A stretch of DNA of 64,000 nucleotides from a virus (Duplodnaviria; Heunggongvirae; Uroviricota; Caudoviricetes), in IMG/VR virus record IMGVR_UViG_3300031088_000793; one strand, 5' to 3'. Of this stretch, positions 18,540 through 28,370 are shown one piece after another; within the stretch, counting starts at the first letter, position 1; each line of letters begins with the position of its first letter. The notes beneath the pieces were generated by a model. It was not told the origin of the DNA and did no database searches. It worked only from the letters and a program-made list of their open reading frames with translations. Made by a program: the position numbers and the translations under genes.

Positions 18540-18866
18540 CTAGGAGACGATGGCAGTTGCGAGGCTTCGAGCAGCGGCCACGAAGCGGCTACCCCTACCC
18601 TCGGGGAGGTCTCCATAGCTCAGAGCGAGCTCGAGGAGCTGGAGCTGAGCGTCGATGGTGCCGTAGAGGGTGGTGAAGAGCTCCTCGCTGACGCCGAAGT
18701 TCTCTTCGCTGCCATCGTACTCCTCGTGGTCAGCGATGTCGGCCCGGCGGAGCTCAGTGAGTCTGTCGATGGCGCTCTGGATCAGGACAGTGAACTCAGT
18801 GGGCTCACCCTGAACCTCGACCTCAAAGAGGTCGTTACCGTCTGCATCCTTGATGATCTTGCCCAT
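18540..18866 (-). CDS. hypothetical protein
   Basis: GAGGAG SD. Confidence 0.65.
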   Translation of the reverse strand: MGKIIKDADGNDLFEVEVQGEPTEFTVLIQSAIDRLTELRRADIADHEEYDGSEENFGVSEELFTTLYGTIDAQLQLLELALSYGDLPEGRGSRFVAAARSLATAIVS

Positions 18867-18956
18867 GGGATTCTCCTCGAGTTAAGTGAGTGTGGTACAG
18901 CTATCGCTACGGTACCACCGAAGTGCCACTTCGATCCGAACATCAGATCGCAGCTC

Positions 18957-19559
18957 TCAGCTCGCAGTCACCATGAGCCAGCTCGAGGATCCGCTCCACT
19001 CCTCAGCAATGCTCACAGAGCTGAATCCAGCACCCTGGAGCAGGGCCGTGAGCGCTGGGGCCTTCCAGTAGACGAAGTAGCGGGGAGCGCTGAGCTTCTC
19101 TTCGCTCCACTCCTCGCCGGAGCCCTGCTTCAGCGTGAAGATCAGCCTACCCTGGGGATTCAGCGCGGCCCGGCAGCGAGAAAGGGTCTCAGCGAGCTCT
19201 GCCCTTGTCAGGTGGAGGAAGACTGCATTGGCGTAGATCACATCGGCTGCAGGAATCTCGTCGGTGAGCACATTGAGCTGGTAGGCGGGGAACCCTCTCT
19301 GCTGAAGCTCTCCGACGAAGCTCAGAGCTGCATCGGTGGGGATCACAGCGAAGCCCAGGGACTGCAGATAGAGCGCGTCCCGGCCGAAGCCTGCTCCGAG
19401 CTCAAGCACTGTGGCGTCCTTGGCTACACCCTCGAAGGCCCTGCCGATGAAGGCTTCGAGCTCTGGATTCACGCTCTGAGGGCTACCCTGGATGTAGGCG
19501 TCGAGCATGTGCTCGTAGCTCTCCAGGGTGGAGGCATTGGTCTGCGAGGGAGCAGTCAT
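18957..19559 (-). CDS. class I SAM-dependent methyltransferase
   Basis: VLELGAGFGRD, ANAVFLH, L.P.G motifs. Confidence 0.85.
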   Translation of the reverse strand: MTAPSQTNASTLESYEHMLDAYIQGSPQSVNPELEAFIGRAFEGVAKDATVLELGAGFGRDALYLQSLGFAVIPTDAALSFVGELQQRGFPAYQLNVLTDEIPAADVIYANAVFLHLTRAELAETLSRCRAALNPQGRLIFTLKQGSGEEWSEEKLSAPRYFVYWKAPALTALLQGAGFSSVSIAEEWSGSSSWLMVTAS

Positions 19560-19631
19560 CCTCAGAGCCTCCTAACTGGATCGAAACAGCGGTCAGGATT
19601 CACCCTATCACCGGCCACGGCAACCCTCAGC

Positions 19632-20270
19632 TCAGAGGCGGTACTTGCCCAGCTCATCTTCCCAGCTGTCCACGAAGCTGTAGGTAGCTCCATCCTTAGG
19701 CACTTGGAGCTTCTGCCCCATCTGGATGGCCACGAGCTTCTCTCCTGTGGCTGCCTCGTGGGCCTGGAGCCTCTGGAACATCCTGTAGCCATCCTCGGAG
19801 AAGGTTCCCGTGAACTCTACCTGATCGGCTCCGTAGGTCTCCTTGAGCTTCCGCATGAGCTCTAGAGGATAGCCCCGGCCCCGGGCTGCTGGGTTGATCT
19901 CCACATCGCAGATCACCACCCCAGGCTTAGCGCCCAGGCTGCCGTCTGGAAGCGTACCCCAGGTCTCGAGATTGACCTTGGCGTAGATCATCGAGGCGCC
20001 GGTCTCATCCTTGAGCCAGAGCTCCTGGTAGCGATAGCCAGAGCCGCTTATCTCCGCCTTGACCTCGATCTCCCCCAGGGGCACAGAGGGCTGCCTCTCA
20101 GCCCGGGACTGAGTCTCCGGTAGCGCTCCACCGGCAGAGCTGAGAGCAGCCTCCTCCACTGCGCTCAGGGCCTCTGCCTTCGTGCTGTAGTGCTCGTAGT
20201 CGCAGTTGCCAGGCCGCGCGACACAGCGGGCTGGGCCGTTGGTCTTCGGGCTGATGTGGTACTTGGCCAT
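19632..20270 (-). CDS. MxKYHI Zn-module fused to GNAT-like domain
   Basis: MAKYHISPKT..ARC....NC..EHY; VEINPAARGRGY acetyl-CoA motif A. Confidence 0.7.
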   Translation of the reverse strand: MAKYHISPKTNGPARCVARPGNCDYEHYSTKAEALSAVEEAALSSAGGALPETQSRAERQPSVPLGEIEVKAEISGSGYRYQELWLKDETGASMIYAKVNLETWGTLPDGSLGAKPGVVICDVEINPAARGRGYPLELMRKLKETYGADQVEFTGTFSEDGYRMFQRLQAHEAATGEKLVAIQMGQKLQVPKDGATYSFVDSWEDELGKYRL

Positions 20271-20324
20271 AGATGCTCCTCGCTACGGGAGATCGATCTA
20301 ACCCTCCGACTTAGCCCAACGGAA

Positions 20325-20360
20325 AGAGCCGGTCGCCCCGAAGAAGAGGTGACCGGCTCT
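20325..20360 (-). terminator. hairpin terminator
   Basis: AGAGCCGGTC...GACCGGCTCT. Confidence 0.6.
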
Positions 20361-20390
20361 GAGTGCTGAGGTTGGAGGGGACCCGTCAGC

Positions 20391-20648
20391 CTAGGCTGCC
20401 TGTCGGCGGGTGCTGCTGTCGAGGGCGATCAGCGCCTTCATGGCCCGGCTCTCGGTGTAGTAGTCGGCGGAGAGGCAGCCCTCCATGAAGGCATCCCGGA
20501 GGGTGCGGGTCTCGGCGATGTCGGCCATCGCCATGTACTCGGCGGCCTTGCCGACGGGCTTTCCGGCGATCACGCCGGGCTCGCTGAGAGCTGCCTGAGC
20601 GAAGCCCCGCATGGCCTTGAGGTCAGCTTCGGAGATGTTGTTGGCCAT
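20391..20648 (-). CDS. small helical hypothetical protein
   Basis: own TTGCGC/TAGCAT promoter, GC3-biased ORF. Confidence 0.7.
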   Translation of the reverse strand: MANNISEADLKAMRGFAQAALSEPGVIAGKPVGKAAEYMAMADIAETRTLRDAFMEGCLSADYYTESRAMKALIALDSSTRRQAA

Positions 20649-20751
20649 GGTTCCGGTTTCCCGTCAGTTCGTGGTGGATGTGGTGGTGTAGTGCTATGCT
20701 ACGACCGTGCGCTCAGAAGCGCAACCGGCAGTTTGGGAAAGGCTAGCGGAG

Positions 20752-21021
20752 TCAGTCCCAGCCCTGGATGAGCTTCAGGGTGCCCTCGAGCTCGGCGAGC
20801 TGGGGCTCCGTGAGGCTGTAGAGCATGCCGATGGCCTGGTCGATGTCGGCGGAGCTTGAGCTCGCACCGATCCGGCAGATCGAGGCGAAGATCTCGGCGT
20901 CGGTCCGCTTAGCGAGGGCTCGCTTCAGTCCGTTGAGCTCCTTCTTCGAGAAGCTGTACTCAACCGCCAGCGCGTAGCACTCTTCGGCGAGGGTGAGCTC
21001 TTCGGTGGCGATGCTAGCCAT
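20752..21021 (-). CDS. small hypothetical protein
   Basis: start MASIATEE with GAAGGA SD. Confidence 0.7.
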   Translation of the reverse strand: MASIATEELTLAEECYALAVEYSFSKKELNGLKRALAKRTDAEIFASICRIGASSSSADIDQAIGMLYSLTEPQLAELEGTLKLIQGWD

Positions 21022-21117
21022 GGGATGTCCTTCGGTAGTGCGGATGTGGTGTAGCACAGACGATACACGAAAGGCCGACTCCCCACAACGGGGAAAGTCG
21101 GTGAGGTTCGGTGGCGT

Positions 21118-21366
21118 TCAGCTGCAGCAGCCGCAGCGGATCGTGAGCGCCTCGATCCGCATGGAGATACCCTCCAGGGGCATGGTGCCGAGGACGGTGA
21201 CTCGCTCGAAGGCCCGGTCGATGACCCCGCGAACTCGGCTCTTCGCCTCGGAGCTGATCTGGAGACATTCGACGATGGCAAAAGCGCCTCGGCGATCTAC
21301 CTTGCCCGGCTGGAGAAAAGCCCGGCGAGCCTCCTGGAGATCCTGTCCAGAGATGTGATCAGCCAT
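21118..21366 (-). CDS. small hypothetical protein, paralog of 21478-21726
   Basis: AR.AF..PGK....A..I...L..S.EA..RVR shared. Confidence 0.65.
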   Translation of the reverse strand: MADHISGQDLQEARRAFLQPGKVDRRGAFAIVECLQISSEAKSRVRGVIDRAFERVTVLGTMPLEGISMRIEALTIRCGCCS

Positions 21367-21477
21367 GGGATGCTCCTGAGATTGCAGAACGGACGCGGTG
21401 TAGCACTGACGATACACGGAGGCCCGGCCTACCGCAACAGGGAAGCCGGGCCTCGGTTGAGCTGAGTGAGCAGCCGG

Positions 21478-21726
21478 TCAGCGCGCCAGACGGATCTGGA
21501 GGATCTCGAGGATGCCCACGAGGCTGTCGTAGCGGAAGAAGCCGGCCGACTCGTCCTTCTGGAAGCTGCGGATGACCTCCTGGCGAACGCGAGTGTCGGC
21601 CTCGGGGCTGAGCTTCAGGCCGTCGAGGATCTCGAGGGCATCGGAGAGCTCGTGCTTGCCGGGCTTGGAGAAGGCGATGCGGGCCCGGTCGAGCTCGGCG
21701 AGGACGCGGTCGGTGGTGACAGCCAT
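21478..21726 (-). CDS. small hypothetical protein
   Basis: AGGAG SD, own promoter. Confidence 0.7.
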   Translation of the reverse strand: MAVTTDRVLAELDRARIAFSKPGKHELSDALEILDGLKLSPEADTRVRQEVIRSFQKDESAGFFRYDSLVGILEILQIRLAR

Positions 21727-21838
21727 GGGGATTCTCCTGAATCAGTGGGGGAGTGATGCGGTGTGAGATTCACTGTACACGGGAGCCCTTCGAGGCACAA
21801 CCGTCTATAGCTTAGGCCTATGCTGAGCTCGCTGATCT

Positions 21839-22204
21839 TCAGTACTTGTGGTGGACGATCACAGAATCGTCGGCGCCGATGGTGTACTTGTAGTCAGGAG
21901 AAGCGATCTCTGCCCCGTCGTAGAACATGGGAGCGTGGGTGTAGCTGTCGTGCTCCACGGTGAGCCGTTCACCCTGGGTGGGGTAGATCACACCGATCTC
22001 AGGAGCAAGGTTGCCGAAGCCTACGGTCGTTGCGTCCGGGTTCGCTCCGAGCATCAGGTAGTCGCCGACCTCGAAGAGCTCCTCCCGGTGGCCACCCTCG
22101 ATGAGGCGCTTGAGCTCTGCCTCCATGGCCGACGGATAGCCGTCCATGCCGACGAAGATAGCGCTCTTGCTTCGTTCATCGTAGACAGCTGCGGTGGTTG
22201 CCAT
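21839..22204 (-). CDS. phage-type hypothetical protein (DGYP motif)
   Basis: AGGAG SD; DGYPS motif. Confidence 0.7.
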   Translation of the reverse strand: MATTAAVYDERSKSAIFVGMDGYPSAMEAELKRLIEGGHREELFEVGDYLMLGANPDATTVGFGNLAPEIGVIYPTQGERLTVEHDSYTHAPMFYDGAEIASPDYKYTIGADDSVIVHHKY

Positions 22205-22302
22205 GGGATTCTCCTGAGTCAGTGGGTGGCCAAAGCTGAGCGTTCAGCTCCGTAGGGCCAGAGTACACCCGGAGCCAGAGCCTCGCAACTACCTGAAGGG
22301 GA

Positions 22303-22698
22303 TCAGCGAGCCTCGAGCTTCACGGCCTCACTGTCGTAGTAGTAGCCCACCGAGGCCTTCTCGAAGATGTCAGCGGGGACATCCACCGTGCTGCTCTCCT
22401 CGCCGTCGGAGAGGATGAACTTGTAGCTCGCGGGGATCTGCTTCTCCACATCGTGGTACTCCACGCACTTGTAGACATTGCGGTAGCCGCTCTTCATCTT
22501 CCCCGTGGAGGGATCGAGGTAGGTGCCGAACTCGTAGGAGTAGCCGTGGCGAGCGCACTCCTCCACCATCACCGTGTGGGCTTCCTTGAAGTCCTTGGAG
22601 GCGATGGTCCCAGCCTTCACGGAGCTGCAGGCAGTGAGAGCCCCGATGCTCAGGGCGAGGATAGCGGAAACTCCGAGGGCTCGGCGCAGGATGCTCAT
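22303..22698 (-). CDS. lipoprotein
   Basis: signal peptide with LTAC lipobox. Confidence 0.75.
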   Translation of the reverse strand: MSILRRALGVSAILALSIGALTACSSVKAGTIASKDFKEAHTVMVEECARHGYSYEFGTYLDPSTGKMKSGYRNVYKCVEYHDVEKQIPASYKFILSDGEESSTVDVPADIFEKASVGYYYDSEAVKLEAR

Positions 22699-22768
22699 GG
22701 GCTGTCTTTCTTCAGGTAGGAAGGATGTCTCTCGGATCCTACATGCCCCTTAGCCCTCAGCGCAACTC

Positions 22769-23815
22769 CTAGGCGGAGGCTTCGCCGCGAGTGCTCTGGA
22801 GCTCAGCCCAGAGCTCTGACTCTCTTTCAGAGCCATGCTCCCGGACCCAGTTGAGCCCGTCTTCGGTGTGGAGCTCAGGGAGCTCGATCTCCGTGCGTTC
22901 ATCGGTACCAACGACGAGTCCCCGGCGAGCGATCCTCCTACCGTAGCTATCCCCCTCGTAGCCGTGGAGCACCTCGGGGAGGTCTTCGGAGTCCACCTTG
23001 CCGATCACAGCGTAGAGGGCCTTCGATCCGAGGCAGCTCAGCGGAGCTCCAGTGAAGCTCCGCATGGAGCACACTGCGAGGTGGATCCCCACTGCGCCTC
23101 CGGAGCGGCCGAGACTGTCGAGGATGACGAAGGACTCCTCAGCGAGCCTACGCTCAGCGAGGTCCTCGCTCTCGAGGCCATTGAGGAGGTACTGGAGGTT
23201 GTCCACTGCGAGGAGAACTGGTGTGGGAGCACCCACCCGGGATCCAAGGACAGAGGCCTCCTTGAGCCGTTCCTCCATGAGTCCCTGGAGCCCACCGAGG
23301 AGCTCGCGGACCTCGGAGCTGCTCTGAGCGATGGTTCGAGTGGTGCCCCGGTAGCGAGCGAACTCGCTGAGCTGCACGCGGAGGAGATCGATGCCGTAGT
23401 AGTCCCAGCCCTGGGCCAGAGCGTGGTAGAAGAGAGCTCTCTGCAGCCTGTTGACACCCCTGCTGTCGGAGTAGACCCAGAGGTTGGGAGCGCCGTTGAG
23501 ATCCCAGAGCACATCCTGGCCCTGCTTCCCCGTGCCGAGGATGATCCGGTCCGGGTTCTCCGGGCTGAAGACTCGGCTGAGGAGCGCAGTTCGGTCGAGC
23601 TCTGGCCAGGGAGTCTCAGCGATGATCCCCGCCTCGAAGAGGAACTGCCGAGCGTGCTCGTCCTCGCTGCTTCCAGGAACAACGAGCTTTCCCGGATACT
23701 CGTCAGGATGACTCGGCCTACTCTTGGGAGTGAGGACAATGGAGTCATTCTTCGGATCGTAGGTGATCTTCACCTCTCCGGCCTGGATGGTCTTTCTGCG
23801 GTGCTTGAGTCTCAT
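22769..23815 (-). CDS. degenerate FtsK/SpoIIIE-like protein
   Basis: ILGT..G..V.WD....PNL, YGIDL, GR..GIHL; Walker A absent, Walker B AVDNL. Confidence 0.7.
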   Translation of the reverse strand: MRLKHRRKTIQAGEVKITYDPKNDSIVLTPKSRPSHPDEYPGKLVVPGSSEDEHARQFLFEAGIIAETPWPELDRTALLSRVFSPENPDRIILGTGKQGQDVLWDLNGAPNLWVYSDSRGVNRLQRALFYHALAQGWDYYGIDLLRVQLSEFARYRGTTRTIAQSSSEVRELLGGLQGLMEERLKEASVLGSRVGAPTPVLLAVDNLQYLLNGLESEDLAERRLAEESFVILDSLGRSGGAVGIHLAVCSMRSFTGAPLSCLGSKALYAVIGKVDSEDLPEVLHGYEGDSYGRRIARRGLVVGTDERTEIELPELHTEDGLNWVREHGSERESELWAELQSTRGEASA

Positions 23816-23893
23816 GGACTGCTCCTTAGCTGCGATGCTCTACGGCTTGTGGCCATTGCTCACTATCGATGGCCAGCTGCGAGCTGGCAGCCC

Positions 23894-25012
23894 CTAGCCG
23901 ATGGGCCTATCGGGAGACATCTCCTTGAGCACAACGGGCTGGAGGCGGTTGGAAAACCCCGAGGAGAGCGCCTTATCAGCTATCGCGGGGAGCGCTCCAC
24001 CCTGTGCAGCTACCTCCCTGCTGCTATCCCTGAGCTCCTGGGGGAAGTAGGGAATCTCGAAGTCGATCTGACCCTGGTGAGTCAGCACCGATGCTCTACC
24101 TATGACTCCGTTGGAGCGCTTCGGCGAGTAGAGCTCCCGGACATGCTTCGGAAGATCCTCTGGAGAAAGCCTACCGAGGGCTACGGGGAGGAAGTTGAAG
24201 ATCTCGCTGTCTAGGGGTGACTCCTCGTAGGCACCTGAGATCGAGAGGTGGATGCCCGCAGGCCTGCCGAGCCGAACGATCTTCTTCAGCAGTCGAAGGG
24301 AGTCCATGGCCTGAGTTCTCGTGTCGAAGTCGGAGGACTCCATCGCATCGAGGAGTGGCTCCAGAGCGTCCACGAGCACCAATATCCGATTCATGGTGTG
24401 GCCTTCGGGGAGCGAGCTCCGGTCATTGAGGCCCAGCGCTTCGAGGTTCCGGTAGCGACCGTCGAGGAGTCCCTCGATCCGGGAGAGCATCCTGTGGACA
24501 GATTCCACAGTGGTTGCGATCTCGGTGGAGACCAGGGGATAGTCGACATACTCAGTGAGCTCTACCTTCTTCAGGTCGATGCCGTAGAAGTCCCAGTCTC
24601 GAGAGAGGCAGTGGTAGAAGAGCGCTCGCTGAATGACGCTTGCTCCACTCCCGGAGGGCTGCCGGTGGAGCCAGAGGTTGGGGTCCCGGCGAGTGTCCCA
24701 GTAGACCGACTCTCCTGTGATGTCCGTGCCGAGGAGCACCTTGGAGGGGTCACCCTGGGGATCGAAGATCCGAGCGAAGAGCTCTTCGCTTTCGAGCTTA
24801 GGCCAGGCCTTCCAGATCAGGCCCTTCTCAGTGAGCAGCTCTCGGAGCGCGCCGTCGGCTCTGCTTCCGGGAGCCACATCGAGCTTCAGACCGCCTCGGT
24901 CCTTGAGCTCGGCGTCTCCGGCCGTGAGCATGATGGAGTCCTGGCGGGGGTCATAGGAGACTCTCACATCGTCCAGGATGAGGAACTTGTTGTGCTTAGG
25001 CTGCTTCGCCAT
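23894..25012 (-). CDS. degenerate FtsK/SpoIIIE-like protein
   Basis: start MAKQPK; PSGSGAS in place of Walker A, YGIDLKKVEL, LVDAL, RLGRPAGIHL. Confidence 0.75.
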   Translation of the reverse strand: MAKQPKHNKFLILDDVRVSYDPRQDSIMLTAGDAELKDRGGLKLDVAPGSRADGALRELLTEKGLIWKAWPKLESEELFARIFDPQGDPSKVLLGTDITGESVYWDTRRDPNLWLHRQPSGSGASVIQRALFYHCLSRDWDFYGIDLKKVELTEYVDYPLVSTEIATTVESVHRMLSRIEGLLDGRYRNLEALGLNDRSSLPEGHTMNRILVLVDALEPLLDAMESSDFDTRTQAMDSLRLLKKIVRLGRPAGIHLSISGAYEESPLDSEIFNFLPVALGRLSPEDLPKHVRELYSPKRSNGVIGRASVLTHQGQIDFEIPYFPQELRDSSREVAAQGGALPAIADKALSSGFSNRLQPVVLKEMSPDRPIG

Positions 25013-25210
25013 GGGATTACTTCCTTCGGGGTCTGGTTCTTGCCAGTTCAGAGATCCTGCTGGATCGAGTGTCACTATCGCCTGAGGCGCTCAGAGCTGT
25101 GCTAAGGCTCAGCATGATCTTCCCACATCGATGCTCACAGTTGCTGCGAAGCTCACTCAGGGCGCAGCACAGCGCCGCTCTGTGGCCCTTCTGTCGCTCC
25201 GGGAAGATGG

Positions 25211-25777
25211 CTACTGCACGGTGCTGAGGATGTAGCTGATGAGAAGCGCAGCGATGGAGGTCCAGCCAGCGATGGCGATGGCCTGCCAGAAGATGATCCT
25301 CCTGGGAGCGACACCGGCTCCAGCGAGCATGGTTGCGGTGAACTGAGTGGGAAGGAGTGCCGGGCCGAGAAGGCTCACTCCAGGAACTCCCCAGCGAGAG
25401 AAGACTCGCTGGAACTTAGCTCTCCTCGGAGACAGAGTGACACCAGCTCTTTCGGCATCCTCAGCTGTGAGCTCAGCCTCCGAGAGCCCCTCTCGGCGCG
25501 ATCTTTCCCGCCTGCCCCGGTGCCCCACCACTGCGCCTCTAGTGCCCGAGCCGAGGAGCACGAGGAGTACCACACAGAGCAAGTTTCCCGCGAAGCCAGC
25601 GAGCGCTGCAGCTAGAGGATTGATCCCTCCGAGCACGCCGATGGTGGTGGCACCTTCACCCTCGATGAAGGGCACAGCTCCAGCAGCTGCTAGGATCAGG
25701 GGATGAACGAACTCAGGGACCTGCTGCACGAGCTCCTGGAAGTTCTGGAAGACGCCGAGGATGATGCCGTTGGCCAT
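25211..25777 (-). CDS. small multidrug-export-like membrane protein
   Basis: four TM segments, VPFIEGEG and GVPGVSLLGP motifs. Confidence 0.7.
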   Translation of the reverse strand: MANGIILGVFQNFQELVQQVPEFVHPLILAAAGAVPFIEGEGATTIGVLGGINPLAAALAGFAGNLLCVVLLVLLGSGTRGAVVGHRGRRERSRREGLSEAELTAEDAERAGVTLSPRRAKFQRVFSRWGVPGVSLLGPALLPTQFTATMLAGAGVAPRRIIFWQAIAIAGWTSIAALLISYILSTVQ

Positions 25778-25984
25778 GGTCAGCTGCTCCTTCGTGCTGA
25801 ACGCCTGTTCAGCTGCTGGGCTCGATTGCCTGTGGGGTAGAACTATCGCGTGGAGCGCGCTTGGGGCTGCTCCAGACCTCGAGCATAGCTCTCCACAGCG
25901 ATTGCTTCGAACTGCACTCCAGGGCGCTGAGAGCGCAGCCTCCGGCCTCCTAGGGCCAAGCCACAGCTATCCTTCGGAGTGAGA

Positions 25985-26950
25985 TCAGAAGTCGAGGTCT
26001 ATGGAGTCGAGCTCATCCTCGCTGGGCCGCCTCGAGCGGTGGTAGCGGGGAACTCGAAGGAAGGCGATGAGCTCCTCTGTTCCATCCTCCACTCCGTAGC
26101 GGCCAAAGAGGTAGCCCACAGCCTCACTGTCGAGGCCGTTGCGATGGCGAGCCTGATAGGCAAGCTCTCTCCGGAATGGCTCATCGGCGGGATCAGGATA
26201 GCGCTCCTCGAGCCGCTGGAGCACGATCTCCCTGACCTCAGCCTCCCGGTCTAGCCTTCGCTCTCGCCTCTTCCGGTCCTCTCTGAACCTGCGCTTCTCG
26301 GCTGCCCGATCAGCGCGGAGCTTCCTCTGGCCCTCCTCAGTGCTCGCAAGCTCCAGCCAGCTGTTGATCTCCTCGATGTCCTCTTCGGTGATGCCGAGGA
26401 AGGGGTTGATCTTGTAGCTCAGAGTGAGCGCTCGATCCACAGGCCTCCGGCGCGCGTCGAGCCTTTCCCAGGGTCTCTCGGGCATGTTGTCATCGATCCA
26501 GACCAGGGGGCGGCCATCGAACTGCCGGGAGAGCTTCGAGCTCTTCCAGTCGGGGGAAGAACTGTAGCGGTAGCTGTAGCCCCTGCCATCCCCGTCTCCA
26601 TCCTCTGCCTCTACGGCCACGGGGAGCTCCTCGAGGCCCAGGGGCTCTACGAAGTAGCTGTTGGCCCAGCGCTGCCAGGTCGTGGCCCAGACGGGCTCTC
26701 GCTCAGGGTGGTCGATCATCGACCGGAGATAGGCAACGGCCACGGGGGAGAAGTGGTGCTCGTAGGTGAGCTCGCCCTGCTCATTCCAGCGGGGCTGTCC
26801 GTGGAAAAGCGTGGGATACTCGTCCCGGTGCATGGTGATCTTGACGGGGATGAGCTGGTCATCGAAGCCAGCCATTTTCCGGATCCGAATCACACCGTCC
26901 ACATCGAAGGCTACGACGGGCTTCAGCCTGAGTTCTCTCTCAGTGGCCAT
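25985..26950 (-). CDS. HAD-family phosphatase (RNA-repair-associated type)
   Basis: FDVDGV, WATTW, WIDD motifs. Confidence 0.8.
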   Translation of the reverse strand: MATERELRLKPVVAFDVDGVIRIRKMAGFDDQLIPVKITMHRDEYPTLFHGQPRWNEQGELTYEHHFSPVAVAYLRSMIDHPEREPVWATTWQRWANSYFVEPLGLEELPVAVEAEDGDGDGRGYSYRYSSSPDWKSSKLSRQFDGRPLVWIDDNMPERPWERLDARRRPVDRALTLSYKINPFLGITEEDIEEINSWLELASTEEGQRKLRADRAAEKRRFREDRKRRERRLDREAEVREIVLQRLEERYPDPADEPFRRELAYQARHRNGLDSEAVGYLFGRYGVEDGTEELIAFLRVPRYHRSRRPSEDELDSIDLDF

Positions 26951-26998
26951 GGTGCTTTCACTTTCTCTAGGCTGTTCTGGGGTGCCCTGTTGAGGGGT

Positions 26999-27394
26999 CT
27001 AGCTCTGATCCCAGGCTTCGACGAGGTAGAGCGTCTCGGGATCGAGCAGTTCCTTGAGATCCTCGTGGCGGCTTCCTTCGACTTCGGCGATCTCCTCGAT
27101 GATGGTCCGTCCTGAGACGATGAGGAGGAAGGGATGACCGCTGTCGATGAGCACAGTACCTCCAGAGCGTTCCTCTGTGACCTTGAGGAGCGCAGCCGGA
27201 GTCCACCAGGGAGTCACCACAGAGATGTAGCTCACTTGCTCACCCTGGAGCTGTTCTCGGAGCGCATCGGGCGTGGAGTCATCCAGGGACCTTCGAGCCC
27301 TGGTGAGAATCTTCCTGCTCAGCGAGCACTTGAGCTCGCTGATCTTCATGCTGTAGCCGATCATCTCTTCGCTTTCGTCTGTGGAGAACTGCAC
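26999..27394 (-). CDS. hypothetical protein
   Basis: ORF in the run of minus-strand genes; start uncertain. Confidence 0.5.
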   Translation of the reverse strand: MQFSTDESEEMIGYSMKISELKCSLSRKILTRARRSLDDSTPDALREQLQGEQVSYISVVTPWWTPAALLKVTEERSGGTVLIDSGHPFLLIVSGRTIIEEIAEVEGSRHEDLKELLDPETLYLVEAWDQS

Positions 27395-27427
27395 AGTAAC
27401 CCTATCGGACCGAGGCTACCTCAGCCC

Positions 27428-27664
27428 TCAGACCCGGTAGAGGTCGGCGAGGCTGGTGGGCTCTCGGCTCTCATCCCAGGATCGGTCGAGGCCACCTCCC
27501 CAGCGGTCGGACTCCCAGGTCTCCAGGGTATCCCAGTTCTCGGAGGCCCTGGCATCGAGGCTGTCCGCTCGAAGCTCCTGGCGAGCTCCACCTCGAGCTC
27601 GGAGCCGATCAGCCTTGCTCTCGGCTCGCTCTGCCTGACGGATCAGCTTGGATCGGACGCTCAT
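27428..27664 (-). CDS. small hypothetical protein
   Basis: coupled by ATGA overlap to the upstream Zn-ribbon ORF. Confidence 0.65.
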   Translation of the reverse strand: MSVRSKLIRQAERAESKADRLRARGGARQELRADSLDARASENWDTLETWESDRWGGGLDRSWDESREPTSLADLYRV

Positions 27665-27822
27665 GCTTCCTCCTCAGCGCACTTCGGGCAGAAGTCCTCG
27701 GCTGAGCTGTGGATCCAGCCCTCGTCGATGACTCCGTCGATCTCGTTGGTGCCTGCGTCGTGCTGAGTGCTGGTCTGAGCGGATTCGCCGCAGCCATCGC
27801 ACTCGATGTAGACGGTCATCAT
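27661..27822 (-). CDS. 53 aa Zn-ribbon protein (not in ORF track)
   Basis: MMTVYIECDGCG...GWIH...DFCPKC; GGAGG SD. Confidence 0.7.
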   Translation of the reverse strand: MMTVYIECDGCGESAQTSTQHDAGTNEIDGVIDEGWIHSSAEDFCPKCAEEEA

Positions 27823-27824
27823 GG

Positions 27825-27983
27825 TCAGTCCTCCTCCTTGAGAAGGCCCTCGGCCCGGAGGGCGTCGGTGATGGTTCGGGCGGCGGAAAGGCCGACGACG
27901 CCACTGGCGACTTCGTTCTGCCAGCGGCTCAGAGCCCTGTGGACAACGCGCTCTGCGGCGGTCCAGGTTGCTGGATTCTCCAT
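27825..27983 (-). CDS. 52 aa hypothetical protein (not in ORF track)
   Basis: MENPATWTAAERVV...RAEGLLKEED; AAGGA SD. Confidence 0.65.
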   Translation of the reverse strand: MENPATWTAAERVVHRALSRWQNEVASGVVGLSAARTITDALRAEGLLKEED

Positions 27984-28031
27984 GGTGCTATTCCTTTGCT
28001 CGTGCTGCTGGACTGAGGAGAGGGTGAGCTC

Positions 28032-28370
28032 TCAGCTCAAGCCCGAGGGCTTCTCCAGCTCGGCCCAGCGGCCGGCGATCACAGTGCGACCCTCGACGGT
28101 TCCTTCGGCGGTCTCACGGCTCTCGAAGCTCACCGAAGCGCCCTCGGGGATCTTGACCTTGGGCTGAGCCTCGTCGGAGGCGATCTGGTCGATGAGGGAC
28201 TTGATCTCCTTGAGCTTCTCCTCGAGGGCCTCCACCTCGCTCTGCCCGAACTGGTCGATGAGTCGGTCGTTGAAGTAGACCGCCTCCCGGACAAGCCCGC
28301 CGATCTGGAGGCCGATGCCGATCTCGTCGGCAAGGCCCTTGAGACGCTTGATGTCAGTGGTTTCAGCCAT
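28032..28370 (-). CDS. hypothetical protein
   Basis: GC3-biased ORF with upstream GTTGCG promoter. Confidence 0.7.
   Translation of the reverse strand: MAETTDIKRLKGLADEIGIGLQIGGLVREAVYFNDRLIDQFGQSEVEALEEKLKEIKSLIDQIASDEAQPKVKIPEGASVSFESRETAEGTVEGRTVIAGRWAELEKPSGLS

Noticed and set aside
18405-19865. Long plus-strand ORFs (also 22835-24214, 5588-6568, 54990-55964, and minus 14007-15170)
   Set aside because: Antisense shadows of well-supported genes, expected in high-GC DNA
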